From a virus, in the IMG/VR virus record IMGVR_UViG_3300012979_000023, positions 1 through 24,398 of that record: a stretch of 24,398 nt of DNA, one strand, 5' to 3'. Positions within the stretch are counted from its first letter, which is position 1. Each line of letters opens with the position of its first letter. The notes under the pieces were generated by a model that was not told the origin of the DNA, did no database searches, and was given only the letters and a program-made list of their open reading frames with translations. Positions 1 through 7,800 of the stretch are shown one piece after another. Position numbers and translations under genes: made by a program.

Positions 1-123
1 CATATCCTTCTTTATCGTAATAAAGGGCACGGATACAACCTGTTTCAATATTACGAATACGACCAAAATTTGAAACTTCATAAGTTGGTTCTTCTGTAAA
101 TTGCTTCCAAATTTCTTCTTCGC
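1..123. repeat. Terminal direct repeat, copy A (identical to 24276..24398); circular-closure overlap of the contig
   Basis: Direct comparison: 'catatccttctttatcgtaataaagggcacgg...ccaaatttcttcttcgc' occurs at 1-123 and again at 24276-24398 (window end). An ORF reads continuously across the junction. Confidence 0.95.
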
Positions 124-175
124 CCTCTTCTGGTAAGATAGTTGGTTCAATTAGATTTAGTTTAAACTTTTCCAT
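1..175 (-). CDS. HNH homing endonuclease, N-terminal part (NUMOD4-like motif). Continues at 24275 on the circular molecule; the full gene is 591 nt / 196 aa
   Basis: ATG at 175-173. Translation is MEKFKLNLIEPTILPEEGEEEIWKQFTEEPTYEVSNFGRIRNIETGCIRALYYDKEGY..., and 'YEVSNFGRIRN' is the NUMOD4-type signature. The frame stays open to base 1 and joins in frame to 24275 downward. Confidence 0.85.
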   Translation of the reverse strand, partial: MEKFKLNLIEPTILPEEGEEEIWKQFTEEPTYEVSNFGRIRNIETGCIRALYYDKEGY

Positions 176-193
176 TTTAAAATAGCCTCCAAA

Positions 194-367
194 TTATTTA
201 TTGCTAAATTTTTCGGCGGTTTTGTTTAAGTAGATATAGATTTTTTCTTTTTCTTCTGGCGTTAAGTGCTCTACTTGCCCAGAAGCGTATTTACGCAGAC
301 GACTGTAAGAAATTCCCGTAGCTTCTGCGAGTGCTCGTTTATTGAAATTTTTTATAATTTTTTTCAT
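194..367 (-). CDS. Small helix-turn-helix DNA-binding protein (57 aa, XRE/Cro-like)
   Basis: Below the ORF-track size cutoff. ATG at 367 with GAGGAG about 11 nt upstream, TAA at 194-196. Translation is MKKIIKNFNKRALAEATGISYSRLRKYASGQVEHLTPEEKEKIYIYLNKTAEKFSNK, and 'LAEATGISYSRLRKYASG' fits an HTH pattern. Confidence 0.6.
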   Translation of the reverse strand: MKKIIKNFNKRALAEATGISYSRLRKYASGQVEHLTPEEKEKIYIYLNKTAEKFSNK

Positions 368-446
368 ACGAAATAAATCTCCTCTTATCCCGCCATTATA
401 TATGAAAAATTCAACAATTCACTGGAACAATTTTGTCCCAAAAATT

Positions 447-1466
447 TTAGAGATTAGAAATTTTTCCTTTAATATACTTTAATTCTTTTTCTATCTTCTT
501 TTGGCTATCCACGAAGGTGCGGGCAAAATCTACTTGTAAATTAGAGATTTCAACTGTATCTCGTTCGCTTTCATAAGGATAACGGACTATTTTTACGACA
601 CGCTGATATTGTTTAATACGTTTAATCTTATCAACAATCATAACCGCGTCGCCAATAGAAACAGAATTACCTAATTTGGACAGGGTTAATTTATAACTTG
701 CTCTTGGCATTGCGATTTGATTAAGATAATTTTCTGCTTTGCGTTTTAAAATATCAGCGACCTCGATATCCTCATCAATCCATACTTTTTCAATATACTT
801 ATTGCTATAAGTAAAATTCTCTAAATAGTTTTTGTCATTATTAACTACCGCTATTGTTAATCCATCCTTTCCATAAGGGTAAAGGACAGTGGCATAATCA
901 TAAGTATTAGATTGTTTCTTCAATAATTTTAAGTTAAGTTCATTAGAGTAATAAGCCCCTAAATCACTACCTAAAAAATCATATACACGCATTATCTTAT
1001 TTTTTGTATCAAACCAAATATCGTGCCCACAATAGGCTCTTACGTCTTTTATAGCGTCCAGAGCAATTATATTGGCTTCTTGTTTAGTCATCATAGTTCT
1101 ATTTTCGCTATTATACTCCAATTGCCAATCAGTATTCCACAAACAATACTCATAAATAGATTGCGGGTTCATATCCAGACAGTCAAAATATTGGAATAGA
1201 GAGCCTTGAAGACTTTCAATATTAGGGCTACAAAAAACTTGAATATATTCGTTATCTTCATTAAGTATTTCTTTAATTACATAACTATAATCCTTGGTTT
1301 CTACATAATTTTCTTCTTGTAGAATTTCTAAATTATAATCATTACAAATGGCTTTGAAACGCAGGGATTTAGTCCCCGCGTCCAAAGTCTCAATTGTATG
1401 AACATCTTTTAGATTACTATCCAGTAGGGCAAGAAAATTATGCTCGGTGTCATACACTTTTATCAT
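447..1466 (-). CDS. Tail-tip protein, Tal N-terminal-domain type (phage minor structural protein N-terminal region, gp27-like); no C-terminal extension
   Basis: 339-aa ORF directly after the Dit-type genes. It starts 'MIKVYDTEHNFLALL...LRFKA...' and ends '...YKLTLSKLGNSVSIGDAVMIVDKIKRIKQYQRVVKIVRYPYESERDTVEISN', which resemble siphophage Tal / prophage-tail N-terminal domains from memory. Confidence 0.7.
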   Translation of the reverse strand: MIKVYDTEHNFLALLDSNLKDVHTIETLDAGTKSLRFKAICNDYNLEILQEENYVETKDYSYVIKEILNEDNEYIQVFCSPNIESLQGSLFQYFDCLDMNPQSIYEYCLWNTDWQLEYNSENRTMMTKQEANIIALDAIKDVRAYCGHDIWFDTKNKIMRVYDFLGSDLGAYYSNELNLKLLKKQSNTYDYATVLYPYGKDGLTIAVVNNDKNYLENFTYSNKYIEKVWIDEDIEVADILKRKAENYLNQIAMPRASYKLTLSKLGNSVSIGDAVMIVDKIKRIKQYQRVVKIVRYPYESERDTVEISNLQVDFARTFVDSQKKIEKELKYIKGKISNL

Positions 1467-1477
1467 AATTTTCCTCC

Positions 1478-1831
1478 TTAAATATAACGAGGGTTATATT
1501 CTATTGAAATGGATGCCTGTAATCCGTTATTAATTTTTACGACATTTCTGCCGGGTTTTAGTTTGGGGAATTCCCAGGCGTCATAAAGCCCAAACGCATT
1601 CTCGTCATTGACAAGAACCGTGCGGTTTTCGCCGTCAATAACTAAATTATCTCCCATTTTAATACCCGAAACATTAATAGGTTCGTCGCTTAAACCCTCT
1701 ATTGTTAATTTGATGAAATCCACCTTGGGGATAAAAGTAATTATACAAGGGGCTGGGGCAGTCCCGTTATTTACGATAACAAAACTGCTCCCAGTTTCAT
1801 CAAACTCTATTGGAAAATAATTTTGTTCCAT
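1478..1831 (-). CDS. Distal tail protein (Dit) C-terminal galectin-like domain, encoded as a stand-alone 117-aa protein
   Basis: Has its own AGGAGG RBS. Motifs 'VIVNNGTAPAPCIITF', 'GDNLVIDGENRTVLVN', 'WEFPKLKPGRNVV' and 'EYNPRYI' parallel the C-terminal half of canonical Dit proteins (e.g. the SPP1 gp19.1 pattern N-G-x-x-P-x-I ... GD-x-L-x-ID ... L-x-P-G-x-N). Confidence 0.7.
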   Translation of the reverse strand: MEQNYFPIEFDETGSSFVIVNNGTAPAPCIITFIPKVDFIKLTIEGLSDEPINVSGIKMGDNLVIDGENRTVLVNDENAFGLYDAWEFPKLKPGRNVVKINNGLQASISIEYNPRYI

Positions 1832-1848
1832 AGGTTTGACCTCCTATT

Positions 1849-4800
1849 TTACAGAACTTCACTCGTATTGTTAGCGAGTTGTATCCAACCGCGACCAGTA
1901 TAAGCCCAGTCAGGATTGTTAGTGCTTACATAAGGAACAGTAATACGCTCGCCGTAAAGGTAAATGCCGAGTTTATATTCTTCATTTGCTATTGGCACAG
2001 AGTAGTAATTAGTATCTCTCGCAATTGCGTAGTTCTTATTTACTTCGGTGGTGTTAAGAGAAGTATAACTCTCTGGCACCCAGAAGGAACCATCAAAGTA
2101 ATAACGTCCATTATCTGTATCATAGTAATAATATGTAGTTAAGATATTAGAAGCATTACCATAAGAGTAAGTAGTGCCCTGTGCGTCTGCCGGATTAGTA
2201 TAAACATAGAAATTCATAGAATTATCTGCGTCATTAACCAAGCAGATACTCTGTTGTAGTTTAGTAAGTTTTAACTTATCAAACTCACCAGCGTAAATAG
2301 AAGAAGTTTTACTTTCGAACCATTGGTCGCAAGAGAAATACCATTCACCAACTACTCTATTGTCTGCGTCAGCAGTATATTTAGAAATAGGAATTATTAA
2401 GCCCGGCACTAATTGACGATTTTCAGGAGCATAAAGGTCAGGATACTGATAAGTTTGAACTTCACTATTGGTTTGAACAATATAATCTGCTTCGGTAGAA
2501 ACAAAGTCCCATCCATTGAAGTAATTATAAGGTTCGTCAATACTCTTATTGCGTAGAGCCACAATGCTATCAGGCACTGCCAAGAATTCACCCGTAATTA
2601 GATTATACCAGCCATTATCGGGTATTCGTAAATCTTCACCATTAAATCTATACCAAGTGCCTTTTGGAACGGGAACCCAATAGTCTCTAATTAAAAGATT
2701 TTCATAGACGCTAACATTATAACCTAATGTAGTAGAACCGCCATTCGTAAAATCTATATATTTAATATTGGTATATCTCATTTTATAAGCAGACGTAGTA
2801 TCTGCGATATCAGTTAAACTATCGTCGAACGGTTTAAACGCATACTTACCATATAGATTTGTATTATCTTTTATGATTTCAAATTTACTTGTGTCTGGAT
2901 TCCAGAAGAAATACTCATATGGTTTTTGTGTATATACATCTTGTGTGCCAACAACCACGTTAGTAGTATTTCGGCAATTAGATATATTGGCTTTTAAGCA
3001 TAAACCGGGGGTTATTTTTTCTGGAATTATTGGTGCCTTATATTTTATCGTAGTGCCTGGAAATGGTTCCATATCATTTTTAGTATTACGACCTCGTGTG
3101 GTTCCAATATTCACACTGGGCATATAATCATCTATTCGTAATGAAGTGCCCGCTGGAAGTCTTTTATTGGTTTCACCTGGTTGTGAAGCACTATAATAAT
3201 AACTATCAAATGTAGAAACATAAGGATAATCATCATAAGGAATATTGACAATTTCTACCGCATAATCAATATCATAAATATTATCAGTTGGAGGATAATC
3301 CGGATTATTTAAGTCTAATCTCAACTGAATATTGACTGGAATTTTTGTCCTCTCATTAGCAGGACCAATCTTGGGATGTTTAATCTTGTAAGTGTTTGGA
3401 TAGAAAGGAGCATATAGAACATATTGAGAACCAGTTCTAATTAACTCTTCAAATGAGAACACAATATCGCCAGAAGCGTCCCAAGAACGAGGGTTCCACA
3501 TATAAATGCCGTCAGGATAGCCCGCAGGTCTATACAAATTCTTATCAAAACCGAAATAATCCCAGGTTAAAGCGAGTGGAGTATCACGATAAAGTTGTGG
3601 ATTAATAGGCTGATTATTTTCATCTACACGCCAAGAGGTTTCAATGAAAATATCCCAGTCGGGGTTCCAATCACTCATAGAACAAGAGAAACCGGCACGA
3701 CCTAATTCATTAGCCTCGTTCTTATTATCCTGATAATAAATACAAGTATAATTATATACTGTTTCAGGATATACGAAATCTAATTCGTGAAGTGCGGAGA
3801 ATGCCTCGTAAGTATATTCACCGGTGTATTCATAATTAGTGAAATCGTGGAAACGTAGGCGTTTAGCTTCTGGGTAAATACCTACATCAGCCAAAGAAGT
3901 GGCAGTGCTAAAATCTATATCATTCAAATCGATTGCGGTTAAGCCTAACGCATTATACAACTTACCTGCCTGGTTAAAGGAAATATCTTCTGCCTTAACC
4001 CAACTCTCAACCTCTGGGATATAGCACCATAAGCGGTCGATAGTAAGTTTATTAATATGGACTTCACTCTTAAACGGAATAGTGGCAGTTGCTTCATCAG
4101 GAACATCGTAGTCTGGGTTCTGTCCAGGACCGGTCATAGGCTCGGTCGCACTTAACATAATCCAACCTACTGGATATTCTTTTAAGCGACCCCAACCATT
4201 ACGCTCTTCAATGATAGTGTAAGTATCACGTTCAATTATCATCGCAAGAGTTTGATATTTACGAGCAGGTCCTCTATGGATACCAGCGTATTTATTCAAT
4301 ACTCTTACCTGATAAGGAATGAAATATTCGAACTTTTCATCTTCGTAGAGAGCATCGTGATAGTGGTTGTAATATTTAATCGCACCATTGGGGTTCAATA
4401 CTACGCCGTCTAAATCACAATTTAAGTAATTGGGGTTTTCTTCATCCACAGTAATTAAATCAGTTTCATAAGCACCACCGCGATAATATTCTACGTATAG
4501 AATATTGTCTGCTTCATCCGCAGTAAATTTATCATAAACTACTATTGGAGATGGAGCGTCAATGAATGCCTGGATATTATTACTTGCGATAATATTTTCA
4601 TCAAATACTAATCGTCCGTGTTTGAATTTGTCATCATAGTATAGGTCTAAATCAATACCAAGGTCGGCTAAACTATTGGCGTTTTTGATATCTTCAATAG
4701 AGTAGAAAATATCTTTGGAGCCTATACGATAATTATCTTGATAATATACAACAGTCTTGGTGAATGTTCTTAATTTATAATAAATATTCGCCAAACCTAA

Positions 4801-7800
4801 TTCGTATATTTCTTTTAAGGACATACTCTGGAAGGAAAGGTCCGTGTCTAAATCTATCATACCATCCAAATGAAATTCATCAGGTTTATAGTCATTAAAA
4901 CGTAGCATATCTTCCAGGGTTTCTTCTTGTGGATTGTAATAGGTAGGAACATCTACATATTGATTGGCGATAAACGCGTTATCCCAATCATAGTAGTTTT
5001 CAGTAATTTTGCCGTAAATTAGTGGGTCATACATTACTTGGAGTGGTAATACTTCTTCTGGTTTAATAGTGATAACTTTTTGAGCCAACGCAAGATTGCC
5101 TTGGTCATTGATACCACTAAAATCATTCATAGTATATGTGCCACCCTCATTGCTATTACCAAAGAAGATTTCGGTGATTAAGTCAAATAAGCCATTAGCA
5201 GGCATTACATAATCAAAAATCTTGTCGCCTTCGGCTACGGGGATTAAATCACGAACAAGACGGTCTCTATCATAAAGTTTTAAACCCCATACATAGCATC
5301 CACCAACCTGCGGATATTGTGGCATTGGGAAACTGGCGTAGTTAATATTTCTGGTTTTAGAAACTGTTTGATAAATGATATTACCCTGTGTGTCAGTTCC
5401 TACGCCTTCCAAAGTTTCTATAACAATAGAACCGTAATTTTCATCTTCGTAAGGATTAGTTCCTATCACGGCACTCTCTAAATTGTTAGGAGTTCCCATA
5501 CCAGAAATGGCAGGGAATAACATCGGGTTGAAAGGCATTATATTAACTTTTCCGGTATTTGGATTGGTAGCCTGGAATAAAGTGAAAGAACCGCGAGGCT
5601 GTTCTCTTCCTTCAAAGAAGTCATTATCAGTATTTTCGAACTGAACTTGATAAGGAGAATTCATAGTATTTTTATTATAAATTTCAGCATAATTATTATA
5701 CGCGTCTATAATAAAGGTAAAAGGATTACCAAATACTTTTCTTACGGCTGGATTAACTTCTTCTCCCATCTGTCCTGTGCGTCCTAAACAAGAAAGCCAA
5801 CCACCTAATTTAGTTTCACTCGGGAAAGGTATATCTATTTTTTGAGAAATACCATAAAAATTAAACGCATCAATTTCATTATAATTATCATCGTAGGTGC
5901 GGGCTACACCTCTACGATAGCCTCCCATTAAACCAATAGCAGATATAGGCACGTCAGCACCAGGATTAGTAGGACCGCCGGCACCGGTATAATAAGTAAA
6001 ACCATCGAAAGTCTGTGGTCCCAAAGCCGTATAAACCCAACTGCTTACAACAGGAATACGAGGACGCATAGAGAATGTGCCCTTTCCTTTTGCTCCATAA
6101 AATGGGTAATCTGTAATATCAAATGTTTCTCCAAGAGGTGTAGTAATAGTAGTTCCATAAGGACGTTGGCTATTAGGGATAGTATTTAATGGAGCGTGAT
6201 AACCCATAAAATTCAAATAGTCAAAACTCTGTGCTCCATAAGATTGTCTGGCAACTGCCTGGGTCAATCCTAATTCTTTTTGTGTGTAGCCTAAACCAAG
6301 AGCATATCCAGTGAATTCTACACGAAGTCTGCCGATTTCTTTTGGGCGATATCCTAAATCAATATAAGGAATGCGTCCCGCCACAGTGCTTAAATGGTTA
6401 AGAATACTATGAGAAGTTGAAGTATCAAATCCCCAATATAGCACTTTCTGTTCATAAGATGCGTTTTCAGGGTCATCAGGCTCAATTAAAGTCTCATAGA
6501 CAATCGCGATTTCTTCGGCATTAACTAAATCTTCAAATGAATACCAACGAGATGGGTCAGCGAGCATACCGCCACCGCAAATAACAGGCTTAAACTTATT
6601 AATTAATTCATTTGGTAATGTATCTACCATTTGAATTGGGTATTCATAAGTATCAATTGCGAACTCCCAAGAGGTAGAAGCAATTAGATTAGCCTCATCA
6701 ACTTCGTCAGTATAATAATTGATATCTACATATTGTGGTTCTGGGGCATACCAAATTGTGTATGTAGGTTTCAAATCTTCTGGCTTATCGAGTCGTTCGT
6801 CCATACGATACCACTCATAAGTTTCGCCATCCACATAATAGTTTTCTGGTTTTTTAGCATTGAAATCAATATAGAAGTCAATATACTCACCTTCACGGAA
6901 ATCAGACTGGTCAAAAGTCAAAGTTTCAGTGCCGACTACTTCATAAGTGCGGATGCCGAATACCTTCTTGATATAACGGATTACTGTGCTGTAAGTCTGT
7001 GGCTCTTCTTCCATAGGTTTATAGACAATCTCATAAGGAGAATATTCTAAAACACGAGAAAGAGAAACACGTTTGCCAGGATACACAAAATCTGTCTGAT
7101 AGCCTTCTGGCTTATGTTTATTTAAACGAACGATATCGCCAAAAGTAGGAACTTGATAGAAATCACGCTCGCTAATTGGGATAACTTCTTCGCTAATAAT
7201 AGTTCTTGTGCCGTCTAATTCTTCTCTAATATAATTGACGTTGATGAAATTGTTTTGCTCCTGATAAACAACATTGAAAGTCTTATTGTTAAGATTATCA
7301 AAATTAATTACAAAAGGAGTTTCTAATTCCTTAATAACGCCAGGGTTATAATAAGCCGGCTGGTATTTATCTACATTAAATTCTACATAGGGGTCCCATT
7401 CTTTTTCGCCAGTAAAATCATTACCGCGGAACCAAACCGTCATAGTCTGGAATAGGTTATCACCCTTATAGTAATTAACATAGCAATGTCCAATAGTGTG
7501 TTCCAAGTTAGTATCGGTGTATCTATCATCATCGATAATATTGAAACTATTTAATTTAGTGCCGTCTTCGAAGAAGGTCTGGCTTACTTTATCATATAAG
7601 CAATTGCTTGGGGCGACTTGATTACCAATCTTGTCATAGAACTGAACTGGAATAAAATCGCGGATTAGAACATCACCTTGATAAATACGGCAACTATAAA
7701 TACCAATACCCGCTAATCCATCAGCATAAGAACCGGAGTTATTATTGGCGAATAGATATAATGGATAAGGCATCTGGGCACTCTCGGTTTGTAATTTATT

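Noticed and set aside
1-123. The 123-bp end duplication as a physical direct terminal repeat of the virion DNA
   Set aside because: Exact overlap at both contig ends with a gene reading straight through is what a circular or circularly permuted assembly produces. The PBSX-type terL also suggests headful packaging. Physical termini cannot be inferred without read-start data.
368-446. Possible promoter for the HTH/HNH genes (TATAAT at about 394-399 on the minus strand)
   Set aside because: The -10 is perfect, but the best -35 at 16-17 nt is GTGAAT (3/6) and there is no extended -10. In AT-rich DNA this is too weak to call.
1879-7050. Plus-strand ORFs (1879-2142, 2873-3127, 6733-7050), the alternate-frame minus ORF 2409-2591 inside the giant gene, and the plus-strand ORF 1608-1820 opposite the 117-aa gene
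   Set aside because: All are embedded in or antisense to long, well-supported ORFs. They have low-complexity hydrophobic translations and no RBS, so they are AT-rich frame noise.
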